From a virus (lineage: Duplodnaviria > Caudoviricetes): a DNA stretch of 64,000 bases. Position numbers and translations under genes: made by a program. Where the stretch lies: the IMG/VR virus record IMGVR_UViG_3300035698_017721, positions 1,175-65,174 of that record; one strand, given 5' to 3'. Each line of letters begins with the position of its first letter. Position 1 is the first letter of the stretch. Positions 20,096 through 31,771 of this stretch are shown piece by piece. The notes under the pieces are model-generated. The model saw only the letters and a program-made list of their open reading frames with translations, had not been told where the DNA came from and did no database searches.

Positions 20096-22250
20096 TTAAA
20101 ATTTGATTTTTACTACTCTTTTGAAACTACCACTTAACCTAACGATTAACTCGTCTTGTACAGTAGCATTGAAGCCAAGACCCGACAACTGATCTCCATC
20201 AGGCTCAATCATATTGGTAGCTCCTAAGACCTCCAATACTTTTCTATGCTCCAACAACTCTGGAATCAAGTTCTCATTATGGAACCCTCTGATCTTGCTT
20301 GGAGTTCTACATCCATCAAGACCGAAGATATAATGAGAGTTACCAATCTTATTCTTTCCCCAGTGGTTAGGAGATAGACATACCAGATTCACCTTGTGAA
20401 ACTCATTGGTGTCAAGATTCCACAACTCTTGTGTCGTAACGCCAGAAGTCTCCAATGAATGCTTGATTGAGAATACACCATTCTTCAAACTTACAGTTGC
20501 AACATCTATTTTACCCGAAACCGGACGATCATACGTATAAGAGTATAGTTCACCGTTAAATTCGATCTCTGCGTGGAAACCTTTTGAGTTTCTACCGTTG
20601 AATTGGTGGACTAGAAATTTATACGAACCATCTTTCATTTTACTGAGTGACGGATACGTGATATTCTCAACAACATCATGACCATTGTTCTTATGATTCT
20701 GTGGTTGTGTAATGTCGATGTCAAGATTACCTCCAGTTGCATAACTTACTTTATGGCTGTAATAGATAGTATTACCGCCTGGTTCAACACAATGTGCATC
20801 AAGATCTGAGTTGTCTACAGTATCTTCTGCCCACATGATAGAGAAACGTAAAACACCATCAACTTTACCACCTTGTGACTTAACCGCTTCCTTGATCTGG
20901 GACTTACCAGCCAGGTTACCATTGAAGTTCCAAGAATAGTTGTTATCCCACTTGAAGATAGGCTTGCTATCAACATGCTTCGATGTTGTCAACGTCACCA
21001 AGTTACCTTGCTGCTTGTTCTCCAAGAATGCTTCGACCATTGTACACTTAGGAAGAATGTCCTTCATGAATTTTGCAATTGAAACTTCTTCGATTGTGTC
21101 GAAAGTAGATCTCTTATGTCTAGTAGGAGCCGCTGACTTGACACTATCAAACATCGATGCATTCTTAACCTCACCAGAAGTTGCAATGTGCTTGATCTCA
21201 GATACGTTAATATCCTTGATAGTTGCAGCTCTTCGTTCAAAGGATTCGACATATCCATTTTCTTCAACGAATTTCTGAGCAGCTTCAATCTGACGCTTAG
21301 TAATAGGTGCAACAGCCTTATGATAGTTTGCAGGATCAACTCGCTTATTCCAGCTCTCGCAAGCCTTGTTCAACTCTTCTCCTTCAGCTAACTCGGTACA
21401 CAATACACCGATCAACGAATTTTTGAATTTCGCAGTCCGATCATTCATTGTGTAAGTATTCAGCCAACACCAAACGTCTTTGTCCATTTTGGTATCATCA
21501 TAGCTAGTCTTCAAAACAATCGCTTCATCAATGACATGTACATGTGCTGGACCGTCTAAAAGACTTCCCTGCTCAATTAGATCTTTAACAAGATTCAATG
21601 TATCAAGACTGATCTCTGACATTGCTCGTTTGAATACTGAATACTTATCACGGTATACACCACGGATCGATTCAACAGAATTTCCAGTAGTATCAACGAA
21701 CTTCTTATCAACCACAACATTCATGTGATTGAACGTACGGATCTCTTTAGCTTTAACAACGCCATAAAGTTCAGCTTCCTCCTTAGTATACTGCTTATGA
21801 TTTAGTGTCATACCAAGCTGAAAGGTCTCATGACTTTTCTTACATACTTCGTAAGGAAGACTGTTCAATTCCGCGAAAGTCTCGAAGAACACATCTTGAA
21901 CCACACTTGATTTAAGAAGTGCATCCATTGCTTCGGCAACAACTTTCTTTATATGGAGCTTCAACATCTACTGAGCTAAACATGGTTATCATGTTTCCAT
22001 CTGCATCAAAGGCAATTACATTACCATATCTACGGATGAAGTTGTTGCAGTTGTTGCAATTATGTGTTGTGCTTTCAGGATCACGAAATACTACGTCAGT
22101 ACCCTCTTCAAAGGATGCTAAATAACATTTGTACAATTCTCTACCTGTAACGCTAGAAACAAACAATTTGTTTGTCTTAGACATCGCAGCAAATGATTCC
22201 TGAATTTTCTTTGTAAACTTTTCCATTTTTTCTATTTTCGTTTCATCCAT
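20096..22250 (-). CDS. Large phage protein (about 710 aa) split by a +1 frameshift near 21945
   Basis: 5' ORF (HNCNNCNNFIRRYG) and 3' ORF (RFSIMW, DLDAHC, LDID, VENI) overlap; joining gives ...VEAPYK(K)VVAEAMD. Confidence 0.65.
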
Positions 22251-22443
22251 TCAACACATTAGCACCCACACAACTAATAAGAACTAGAAGCATCATATCA
22301 CCGATACTCAAATCTCGAACCGGTTGTTCTAATGCCTCAACCAACTTACTAGATTCTTCATTTGAACAACCTGAAGCAAATATAATAAGTAGTATCACTA
22401 CTATGGCTAATAACGTAAATTTATTTTCCTTAATTTTTTTCAT
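22243..22443 (-). CDS. Small putative lipoprotein
   Basis: ASGC lipobox. Confidence 0.55.
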   Translation of the reverse strand: MKKIKENKFTLLAIVVILLIIFASGCSNEESSKLVEALEQPVRDLSIGDMMLLVLISCVGANVLNG

Positions 22444-23698
22444 CCGTATTTTTCTTGAATGTAGGATTCAATTTGTGAAATATCAGTTAAAGTTTTTACT
22501 TGATCATTTCCGTAAACATAAGCGACCTCATAAAATTCTTGAATATTATTTTTGACTTTAATATCAAGATGGCAATCATAATCGTAAGAACTTTCAACGT
22601 GATAAATCCCGAAATGTATTATGTCTTCTTTGTACCAACCATGACCTTTTTCAATCTCGAAAAAATCATATATCACATTGCGTGCTTCAAGTTCTGTTAA
22701 TAGTTGCCTGATAACATCACGAGTCATTTAATGAATATTTTCAAAGTCCTATTTTCATCCTGTAAAGATGGTTCCACCGTTTCACAAGACATGTTTACAT
22801 AAGCTCGCCCGGTTTTATCTATCACCTCTACTCTTGTACAATGTACGAAACGTGATTGAAAATACTCTTCTGTCCACTCACCAATTTTCCAATTTTTTGA
22901 TGCATAAACCCCATGTTTCTCGAAATGTTCATCCTGTTTAGCCTGGATGAAATGCATAGCAGAATAATCTTTCCACGACAATCGATTTCTAAATTTTTCT
23001 TGATACTCGGGCGATTGATCAGAAAAAAACAAGTGTCTAGTCACATCAAAAACTTTTGGACATATGTCACCGTTCACTAATTTGAATTCACCATCAACTT
23101 CATATTCTAACAATATATCGTTTTCGACAGCACAAAGAATATCGCCCGTGTGTGAGAACGCATAACTTTCAAATTTACCATGAGCTACATCGTCTGAAGT
23201 TTTCACGATAAGTATTTGCCCTGGTTCCATGTCTGAATCAGTCATTAGTCTAATACTGGTTTCTGTGAATACTTAATTGGTGGTAACGAAGCCTTTGGTG
23301 GTAATTGCGATTTAGAAAATTCACCGAATACTTCGAGAACTTTGACAGCAACATATTCCGGTAACTGGGTTTTTGCATTAAGTGAGTCTTCGCCCCAAGC
23401 TGGATCATAATCAATCCACTCTTTAAGTTGATTGAAATGATACCCATTATCAAATATTGGATTAGAACTTGCCTTCTTCCAATACTCAGGTGGATACGTT
23501 TCCAAAGCCTTCTTCAGAATGTTGTATAATTCAATCTTCGTGAACTTATGATATTGTGCTAATTGCTCAGCTTCCTGTGTTGTCATTGAAATGATCTTCT
23601 ATAATTATCAATTGCTTCTTTAAGTTCTGTTCCTAACATGACCATAGAACCAGCAGCATCTAACTCAGCCAAACGATCAATCTTTTTTAAATGTTGTT

Positions 23699-24205
23699 CT
23701 ATTTCCATTCGGATCTTAATTGGGTTCGGATCTTATTAGCCTTATGTAATTCGATACTAACGTGTAACATCTCATCTAAGGTCTCTACAAGGAATACGTT
23801 AGATAGATTCCACTTTCGGATATGTGCCAATTGAAGTGCTCGCATTCGGCAAGATTCTTTATACAATGGATTCTCCATCCCGTTGTCAAGAGGTTTTAAA
23901 CTTTCATCATGGAACTTATCAATTAGAAATACAAAGTCTCTACGATCATCGTATCTCATTGCCTGAGCGATAGAAAACCCTATTTCACCAAGGCTACCAA
24001 GACCCCATGTTTCAGCAAGAACAGGAAATAGGATAATTTGGTCAGTTGCAAGATGGTCGGCTTCGACCTCTGCATCTTCTGGTTTCCAATCGTCTACTTG
24101 AGGATTGAAATATTCGATACCAAGAACATCATACTGAGCGATAAATTTATCTCGCCATACTGATCCGCCACATGTACCGAATAACCCTACTACTAATTTA
24201 TTCAT
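23699..24205 (-). CDS. Nucleoside 2-deoxyribosyltransferase-like protein
   Basis: GLFGTCGGSVWR, YFNPQVDDW, SLGEIG. Confidence 0.7.
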   Translation of the reverse strand: MNKLVVGLFGTCGGSVWRDKFIAQYDVLGIEYFNPQVDDWKPEDAEVEADHLATDQIILFPVLAETWGLGSLGEIGFSIAQAMRYDDRRDFVFLIDKFHDESLKPLDNGMENPLYKESCRMRALQLAHIRKWNLSNVFLVETLDEMLHVSIELHKANKIRTQLRSEWK

Positions 24206-25141
24206 AGAGCCAAGATAGAATTAAACTATGAAAAGCTGCAGGTTTTATGGAAGTTTACCAGTTATCTTTTCCGTCTTCGTAACGTTCGGTATTCTCTTCC
24301 TTGTATGGTCCACAGAATCTCCAAACTTGCTTACCAAACTTTGTATAGTATTCAATCATTTCATATGATAAAAGATACTTACGAATCTTATTCTGTTCAA
24401 TCCAGTTACTATTACCTAATTTTTCACCATTAGGCTTAATGTAAACACGGCCACTACCAAAAATATATTTACCACCAGTGTCTTTAAATCGTTCTGTACG
24501 TTCTCGTCCCCCAAAAAGTCGTTCAAAGAAAATTGGATAAAATGTAACGATATAAATACTAAGATCCTTATCGTCATTTACTATGTGTGTGATCTTGCTC
24601 ATACAAGAAGTTTACATATTGGCGCCTGAATAAAACCGCTTGATATACTTCTACCTGTAGGTTCAACCACTTTGGCCTTAATCAAGGTAGACAACATTCC
24701 TTCGTTTTCTGACCAATTTTTGATTACAACTTCATCGTCTGCTAATGGTTCATCAGGAAAGTCAACAGTTGCCACAGCAACTCTAAGTCCGTCCATAACA
24801 TCATTTAAAACGAGAGCAGGTCTTCCACTACGATAGCTCTTAATTTCAAGCCTACACGAGTATTGATTGAACTGTATTTCGATTGTCTTCATCTTCGGTA
24901 AAGGTTATATGCTTCTTCATCACATGGAACGAGTAATCTGATACTCTTTTCCATTGTCAGTTTATCACCACTTCTTTCAATGAAACCCCACGATTGATGG
25001 GCATGATGGTAATAGATACACCAATCATGAACCCTACCCCTCTTTGCGATCCATCTTACAGGACCGTCAAAGATTTGGGGTAGGGTTATTTCACCTCTAG
25101 CAAATACCGTTTCTTCCGGCATCGCTTTAAGTTGTGCTAGA

Positions 25142-25819
25142 TCAAGCATCTAACGTAATTCCTTCAGCTTCAGCAGCTTTAAGGATGTTAGGGAAGTTGT
25201 CTCTAGAGATCTGATTTGTCACACAGATCTTTGTACCGCAACCAAGTGTGATGATGTCAGCAGCTCTACCGAAATAGCGTTGCTTACCATTCTGATTGAT
25301 CTTTCTTGCTTCATTATTCTTCTTGAACAATCCAGAGGTGCGAACCAATGTATCAGGAAAAATGGCTTTCAACTGAGCATAAGTAATGTCAGGTCGTTGA
25401 TCAACCAATTTGGCAACAAGAGCCAAAGAACATTTACCCTTGCGATACTCTTTACCATCCAAGATCACCTTCGTGAAATCACGGCCGAAGTTTTTTCCAA
25501 GTGCTTCTTCATCTACGGTTTCTGTAACAGTCTCAGGAACTTCTGGTTTTGTAACAACGGCTTTCGACTTGGTTACAACAGCAACCTTTGGTGCAACTTT
25601 CTTCACTTTCTTTGCAGAAGGAACATCAACCAACGAATATTGTTTGTTGCTCAATTCTACATGTCCACTTTTACGAAGACGCTCATTGGCATTGTATGCT
25701 ACAATGAATTTAAGTCCTGTTGCTTTTGCAATGACTTGAGTTGTTGAACCAGGGTTCTTGGTTACAAATGCTAGAACTGTTTTGTTGTCCTGCTCTTGTT
25801 TTGGTGTTAATGCTTTCAT
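25142..25819 (-). CDS. DNA-binding protein (N-terminal HTH, K/V-rich linker)
   Basis: NPGSTTQVIAKATGL; C-terminal RYF...ICVTNQ. Confidence 0.5.
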   Translation of the reverse strand: MKALTPKQEQDNKTVLAFVTKNPGSTTQVIAKATGLKFIVAYNANERLRKSGHVELSNKQYSLVDVPSAKKVKKVAPKVAVVTKSKAVVTKPEVPETVTETVDEEALGKNFGRDFTKVILDGKEYRKGKCSLALVAKLVDQRPDITYAQLKAIFPDTLVRTSGLFKKNNEARKINQNGKQRYFGRAADIITLGCGTKICVTNQISRDNFPNILKAAEAEGITLDA

Positions 25820-25884
25820 ATTTGTTTGTTATTGATTTTTGTTTGTGTAAAGATAAGGAAAAAAATGATATGTGGAAATCAGGT

Positions 25885-26760
25885 TTATAGTGTAAATCCA
25901 ACCATGAAATAAACCGGACTGGCAATTACACCGGTGGGTCCTAAATTATTACCGCTCGAATCCTCGCCATATTCTGTCCAAGCATTACGAAAATTTGGAT
26001 TTACGATAAACGAAGCTGTAACAGGAATAACTAAAGTCTTACCAATATGTATGTCTTTATGACCATTAACAGCAACCGTTGTAACACCACCACGATCATA
26101 AAAATTCAAACCACTTGCTCCGGTTAATCCTGCCAATGTGAATGATAAGAATGGCCAAGGTTGACCTGTTGCTTCAAAATAAACACCTTCGGTTAAATCA
26201 CCTCGTTTTTTATAAATTGGATAACCTGCAACAATTTCAAAGTAATCTTTATATTCCCAGCCTAAACGTAATTCTAAGATGTGATTAGTAGTTGCCGACC
26301 AGTTTCCATAATCGCCATAATTATCTACAACTTGATCTTTGGTGAAAAAATAATAATCATCTAAAGTTAAGGAAAATCCTGCAGGTATATGGAAAGTCGT
26401 ATAGATTTCTATCCAGGTACCATATCCGCCACGATTACCATTAAGTGTTGTAGTCCCCATAAGACCAAGATCCCAATATTCAGAACCTAACCACATATCC
26501 AAATAAACAGATGGTGATTGTCCATAACTAAGACCACGCCAAATGTTTCTTGTTGATAAGCCTACAGTATAATCAACCTCAAACTTATATCTGTTTGTGT
26601 CTTTAGTCGATACAATCGGGTGTATATTGATTGCCTTGGGTGACAACTCCAGCGGAATTGGATCAACAACTTCATTGGGGTTCATATTCTGGGTTGAATC
26701 AGTCTGTCCAAAGGACAAGAAAGAAATTGACAGTAATAGAATTGTAAATAAATGCTTCAT
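25885..26760 (-). CDS. Outer-membrane beta-barrel protein (Bacteroidota-type)
   Basis: Signal peptide, RNIWRG, alternating aromatic strands, C-terminal VYFMVGFTL. Confidence 0.7.
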   Translation of the reverse strand: MKHLFTILLLSISFLSFGQTDSTQNMNPNEVVDPIPLELSPKAINIHPIVSTKDTNRYKFEVDYTVGLSTRNIWRGLSYGQSPSVYLDMWLGSEYWDLGLMGTTTLNGNRGGYGTWIEIYTTFHIPAGFSLTLDDYYFFTKDQVVDNYGDYGNWSATTNHILELRLGWEYKDYFEIVAGYPIYKKRGDLTEGVYFEATGQPWPFLSFTLAGLTGASGLNFYDRGGVTTVAVNGHKDIHIGKTLVIPVTASFIVNPNFRNAWTEYGEDSSGNNLGPTGVIASPVYFMVGFTL

Positions 26761-26826
26761 GTTTTTGGGTTTATTGTTTTTGTTGATTGTAAAATTAAGG
26801 AAAAGAATTGAACTATGGAAATTCTG

Positions 26827-27885
26827 CTAAGAATTTTCCACAGTTTCTGTTAATTGATTTAGGAACTCGAGGTGTTTTGGTCCAAATTCTTCCCAAGCGA
26901 GTCCCATTGCTTTGAGGTCGTAATGCTTCACTATTGTAGCACAATCAATGTAATCTTCTCTCGATATGATTGCCCCTAATTCAGTATTGGATTTTAACCA
27001 CTCTTCATTTGTTGATGGATCATATGCTTTACCGAATAGGTTTTTGATAAAACCTCTTTCAGCAGACAATGCCTCTTTACCTACTGATACAAGAGCAGAC
27101 AGTTTCAATCGTAGAGAATCAGCTTTCAACTTTGCTGGCAAGTACCCTATCACATAGCTGCTATCGGCAAGTTCAACTGCCAATTTCATATCATGTGTTG
27201 AGAAGATGATTGTGTTCAACTCATGCTCATTTTGGTATAGATCAAATGATGCTTTACAGCTTTTGATATTACCTACATCCAATCCTGAGAATGGTTCATC
27301 AAATGCCATGAAATGACCAGCTGAAAGAATCTGCTCAATGATCGCTGTTCGTTGACGTTGACCACCAGACAATTCACAAGGATATTGATCTTTCTGTTCG
27401 TTCAATCCCCAAGTCTCAAGATATTTGTATGCAACGGTTTCCTTCTCATCAGTCGACAAGTCGGTTCGTCTCTGTGCAGACATCAATATGTTGAACACCG
27501 TTTTGTTACGGAACAGTGTATATTTTTGATCAACATATCCTATGTCACCTTCATGAACAATCTTTGCATCAGTTAGATCATCAGGTGTAGATAGATCCGT
27601 TAGAAGTACGTTACCTGTTCTTGGCGTAACCAATCCGGTTAGTGCTTTGAACAACGTAGATTTACCTCTTCCTGATCTTCCAACAATTGCAATGGTCTGA
27701 CCTGTAATAACACCAGCTCGAACCGTATCACGTTCCAACATGTTAATGTTCTTCAGAACAGGTAGGTAGTCTTTACCATAACCATATCCACACTCAACAT
27801 CTTTGAGCGAAATGATTGGTTCGGTCTCTTCGTATTTTTTTATTTCTGTATCCATTTCCTTAGAGTTTTGAATATCTGAATGCAA
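26827..27885 (-). CDS. ABC transporter ATPase (TauB/NrtD-like)
   Basis: GRSGRGKST, LSGGQRQR, FDEPFSGLD, STHD. Confidence 0.9.
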   Translation of the reverse strand: MHSDIQNSKEMDTEIKKYEETEPIISLKDVECGYGYGKDYLPVLKNINMLERDTVRAGVITGQTIAIVGRSGRGKSTLFKALTGLVTPRTGNVLLTDLSTPDDLTDAKIVHEGDIGYVDQKYTLFRNKTVFNILMSAQRRTDLSTDEKETVAYKYLETWGLNEQKDQYPCELSGGQRQRTAIIEQILSAGHFMAFDEPFSGLDVGNIKSCKASFDLYQNEHELNTIIFSTHDMKLAVELADSSYVIGYLPAKLKADSLRLKLSALVSVGKEALSAERGFIKNLFGKAYDPSTNEEWLKSNTELGAIISREDYIDCATIVKHYDLKAMGLAWEEFGPKHLEFLNQLTETVENS

Positions 27886-28645
27886 TTCGTCTTGACTTGT
27901 CTAGGAAGAAGTCTAAACTCAGTCCGAGAAGCAATATAATGATCTGTAAGGCAACGATTCTACCGTGGTTTGCCATCTTATCAGAATTCTTAATTAAGAA
28001 CCCTAGACCTCCGTTTGCTGCTACAATAGATTCAACTGTTACAAGCATCATCCAAGCGATCGCAAGGTTCTGACGAATGATCTCAATTACATAATCCATT
28101 CGACCTTTAATAACGACTTCCCAAAGCACTTCCCATCGATTATAACCGAGGGTCTGTGCATGATCGAATTCCTCTTGTGAGATCTCCTTAATCATTGCCA
28201 TCAAACTAGTGGTCAAAAATGTTGAAACGAATGTTACTAGAACTAGAATTTGAATAACACTTCCTTTATCAAAGAACAAAGTAATGTAAAACGATATTCC
28301 GGTTAGTGGTAAGTATCTGAACTTACTAATAAATGTGGTGATCGGTTTGAATAATGGTATTACAGAAAGATAAGCGAAGATCAATGATATAACTGTTGCT
28401 ATTCCGATTGCTTTACCACACAATGCCAAAGACCTTCCAACATGTGTCATTAACCCACCTTTGTAAAGACCCTGAAGACCAGCTAAAACTTGTGGTCCAG
28501 TAGGAAAGATATGGGTTCCTTCTGTTAGACTATAAATAGTCCAGTAACCTAATGCACCTAGAATCCAGATGGCTGTTACCATGATCATCGATGGGGCTCT
28601 TAGAGTTCCGAACGGTGTCACTATTTGAGTTAATTCTTGTTTCAT
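27860..28645 (-). CDS. ABC transporter permease
   Basis: Multiple TM helices; EAA-like FDHAQTLG; AWMMLVTVE..GGLG. Confidence 0.88.
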   Translation of the reverse strand: MKQELTQIVTPFGTLRAPSMIMVTAIWILGALGYWTIYSLTEGTHIFPTGPQVLAGLQGLYKGGLMTHVGRSLALCGKAIGIATVISLIFAYLSVIPLFKPITTFISKFRYLPLTGISFYITLFFDKGSVIQILVLVTFVSTFLTTSLMAMIKEISQEEFDHAQTLGYNRWEVLWEVVIKGRMDYVIEIIRQNLAIAWMMLVTVESIVAANGGLGFLIKNSDKMANHGRIVALQIIILLLGLSLDFFLDKSRRIAFRYSKL

Positions 28646-28662
28646 CGATGTTAGATTAGGGC

Positions 28663-28690
28663 AAAAAAAAGGGGGCCGAAACCCCCTTTT
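28663..28690 (-). terminator. Intrinsic terminator between the SBP-OmpA gene and the permease gene
   Basis: GGGGG-tttcgg-CCCCC followed by T8 on the minus strand. Confidence 0.75.
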
Positions 28691-28705
28691 AAATACCTCA
28701 GTGAA

Positions 28706-30541
28706 TTACTGCAGAATTGTGATTGTCACTCTTCTGTTTGCTTTACGGGCAGCGAATGAATCGTTGTCCGCATTTGGGTCAAGTGGTTCAGCAGAACCTT
28801 TACCATCAACCTCTTGGAATCTCTTTACAGTTATTCCTTTTGCAAGCAATGCTTCGGCAACCGAGTTGGCTCTATCAGCAGATAGTTTGTTGTTGACTGA
28901 TGCTGATCCAGTGTTATCCGTGTGACCGATGATCGCAACTTTAGTCTGTTCAGCTTGAACTAATAGACTAGTGATGGTCTGAATGTCATCGAATGACGTT
29001 GGTTGGATATTTGCATTACCAATTGCGAAGTTAATGTTCCATTGACCTTCAGCAAGTTTTGTAGTTTTTGCCTTAGAGTAATCAATCGTTACTTCTTCAG
29101 TTGAGATTGCTCCCTTAACTGCTTTCAAGTATGTAAGATCTACTGCTTCAGCATAAGGTACAACACGTGGAACTGAAGAGTTGAAGTCGAATGGATTAAG
29201 ATCTACAAGGTATCCACCAACTTGGTTGTAAACTGCTTGGTATCTATCGATTCCATCAGATCCAAGTCCGTAGTATTGTTTTACATCAGCGTGATTTTTA
29301 GCTCTTGTTCCACCCATGTTGTAAGATAGACCACCTTTTGAAGCAGTCTGACCTTGGAACATATCGTACCAGTAGTCTCCACCTTTGTCCATACCGAAAG
29401 TAGCATCAACTAAGTCTCCACCTGTTCGTCCCCATTCTTCATACAACTTGATCTGATTAGCTGCTGTAAGAGAAGCCTGAAGTACACCAGTAACTTTTTC
29501 TGGGTTCTGCTCTGCCCATTCCTTAACCATGATAAGTGTTGTCCACATTTGGTTTGGAAAGTCTGCAGTAGAAGCTACATCAGTATATCCAGTAACTGCT
29601 TCAAATACCATTACATCACCAGGTGTCCATGTTGCACAACCATCGATTTTCTTGTCAATGGTTTCATTAGACACTGTTCCATCAGGATTCTTCACTTTAA
29701 GTGTAACAGTAAATCCTGCAGATTCAGATGAGATAAGTTCCTTAGCTGACATGATATAATCATCATCCGCTGATGGGAATATATTCACTGCATTTGGATC
29801 GTATGTAGTAAAGTCAGAGTTAACGGCCATTCCATTTGCGAAACAGAAGTTCACTAACGTTACCCAGTCACCATCTCCAGGAACAACTGAGATTAAAGAT
29901 CCTAGCATAGTCTGAGGATTCTTTTTCCAGCTTGCTGGACCAATTACTTTGTCCTCACCGAAAGATGCTCCACCAACACAACCTACATTAACAACATGGT
30001 ATTTACCCTCACCGAATTTCTCATCGATTGCTGCTTGTAATGTACTGATATACCAAGGTGCTCCATCACCCATTATCATCACACCTGCTGCGGCTTCTGA
30101 TGATGAAGGGAATGCTTCACCACTATCGAACTGCTCGATAAACTTCAGTTGCATTGCTTTAAGTTGACCAACCATATCCTGACGTTTGATCGTCAAGTTA
30201 ACACCATTCAGTTCCATTAAAGAACCTTTAGTGGTTACTGCTCCACCATTTGCTGTGATAATGGCTGTCTCACCATTCCAAGCATAACCCGCTATTGTCC
30301 ACGCTGGGTAATTCGTGTTTGCCGTGATTGAAGCCATGTCTGTTGGCAAAGGCAATAGATCTGTTGGAAGTGCATTGTCCAACGTTTTTTGGTTAAGCGT
30401 AAGAGCTTCACCAGTGATAGATTCACCTACCATAATTCCCGGAGCAAACACTACTGCGATTGCAACGAGTACCGCGATACCAAGAGCAACTACTACTCCC
30501 TCATAACCGGTCTTCAAATTTGTTTTTAGAATTCTTCCCAT
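28706..30541 (-). CDS. Membrane-anchored substrate-binding protein fused to OmpA-like peptidoglycan-binding domain
   Basis: N-terminal TM, ATWTP, C-terminal GHTDNTG..NNKLSADRANSV..NRRV. Confidence 0.85.
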   Translation of the reverse strand: MGRILKTNLKTGYEGVVVALGIAVLVAIAVVFAPGIMVGESITGEALTLNQKTLDNALPTDLLPLPTDMASITANTNYPAWTIAGYAWNGETAIITANGGAVTTKGSLMELNGVNLTIKRQDMVGQLKAMQLKFIEQFDSGEAFPSSSEAAAGVMIMGDGAPWYISTLQAAIDEKFGEGKYHVVNVGCVGGASFGEDKVIGPASWKKNPQTMLGSLISVVPGDGDWVTLVNFCFANGMAVNSDFTTYDPNAVNIFPSADDDYIMSAKELISSESAGFTVTLKVKNPDGTVSNETIDKKIDGCATWTPGDVMVFEAVTGYTDVASTADFPNQMWTTLIMVKEWAEQNPEKVTGVLQASLTAANQIKLYEEWGRTGGDLVDATFGMDKGGDYWYDMFQGQTASKGGLSYNMGGTRAKNHADVKQYYGLGSDGIDRYQAVYNQVGGYLVDLNPFDFNSSVPRVVPYAEAVDLTYLKAVKGAISTEEVTIDYSKAKTTKLAEGQWNINFAIGNANIQPTSFDDIQTITSLLVQAEQTKVAIIGHTDNTGSASVNNKLSADRANSVAEALLAKGITVKRFQEVDGKGSAEPLDPNADNDSFAARKANRRVTITILQ

Positions 30542-30609
30542 AATTTTGATTTTTACTGTTTTTGTTTAACTGTTAATTGATTGATTTACTGTTTTGATTA
30601 CTGTTTTGA

Positions 30610-31746
30610 TTAGTCGAAAATGTCACCGAAACCACCTGACTTAACTTTATCGTCTTCGGTTAAACGATAGTCATGACGTTGATAGATTGCTGCATCAGGT
30701 GTCTCATGCTTACCTGTATCGATATTGTCGGCAAGTTCAGCAAGATTTGCAAAGGCATCATCACTATTAAAGTCGAAGTTCGCTGTTAACGTTTCAATGT
30801 CTTTAAAGTTACCTGCTGTCTTAGCAATGTCATTTGCAATGGTAGTTGATACGGCAGTAAGAGCCAATTCAAGTTCCCAAGATTCATCGAACATCATTGC
30901 AGCTTTGGCATGTTCAGTTGCTGCGGCAGATTTCTGACCAAAGTCATAATCTCTTTTAAGTATCTCAATGGTAGCGTCAAAGTCAAGAACTTTTTCGTCC
31001 ATCGCTGCATTCACCATAGTGAGTTTGTGACCCATCTTTTTCATGACTGCTGCACGAGATCCATACTTCTTAACGAAGTCTTCTGCTTGACTAAGAGTTG
31101 CTGCATGACGTTGAGCAGACATTAACAATTTGAAAAGTTCAGCATTGTCATTTACCCAGTTGTCGTCACCTTTAGCGGCTTCTTTACCAATCTTAGCTTC
31201 GATAGCAGACATACTTGCTTTCAACTTGTCAGCTTGTCTCTTATCACTCGAGATTTGCTTCTTCAGTTTATCTGCACGATCCTCGTTATCTTGAGATTCT
31301 TTTTGCATATCACGTTCCAAAGTTTTGATTTGTTGTTTGGAATTACGTGCTTGAGTTTGGTTCTCTCTGATCAACAATTTTTGTTTTTCAAACTGTCGGA
31401 ATGGATCAGCAATAATTGCTGACTTGTGCCATTGTCTCGCTTTATTACCAGCCCATGTAAAGAATGCTGGAAGAGAAAGAACACCAAGGATACTTGCACC
31501 GATAACTGCGGCAACGGCTCCAATCTGTCCGAGTGTTGTGAAGATTATTGGAAGTGCATATACCCAAGAGAAATACCCAAGTGTTCCAACTACCGCCAAT
31601 TTAAAGAGTAAGGATAAAGCCTTGTACTTATCTTGTCCTGCGTCTTCAATCGTTGACAATCCATCTTTAAAGTGTCTTGCGATTGGAAGTTTTGACATCT
31701 GAGAATTCAGATGTGTCATGTCTACTGCTTTTGCTTGTTCGCTCAT
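30610..31746 (-). CDS. Two-TM long coiled-coil protein (PspA-like)
   Basis: TM pair followed by heptad-rich region. Confidence 0.55.
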   Translation of the reverse strand: MSEQAKAVDMTHLNSQMSKLPIARHFKDGLSTIEDAGQDKYKALSLLFKLAVVGTLGYFSWVYALPIIFTTLGQIGAVAAVIGASILGVLSLPAFFTWAGNKARQWHKSAIIADPFRQFEKQKLLIRENQTQARNSKQQIKTLERDMQKESQDNEDRADKLKKQISSDKRQADKLKASMSAIEAKIGKEAAKGDDNWVNDNAELFKLLMSAQRHAATLSQAEDFVKKYGSRAAVMKKMGHKLTMVNAAMDEKVLDFDATIEILKRDYDFGQKSAAATEHAKAAMMFDESWELELALTAVSTTIANDIAKTAGNFKDIETLTANFDFNSDDAFANLAELADNIDTGKHETPDAAIYQRHDYRLTEDDKVKSGGFGDIFD

Positions 31747-31771
31747 TTTGCGTCCTTGTTATTGGGTTTGA

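Noticed and set aside
26761-26829. The ABC ATPase TAG stop is in frame with the downstream OMP gene through a stop-free 66-nt spacer
   Set aside because: The spacer contains a promoter-like box and an A-rich leader, and fusing a cytoplasmic ATPase to a signal-peptide OMP is implausible; probably chance.
30545-30610. Short TTACTGTTTTGA-like repeats
   Set aside because: Low-complexity A-rich translation leader; no spacers, so not CRISPR.
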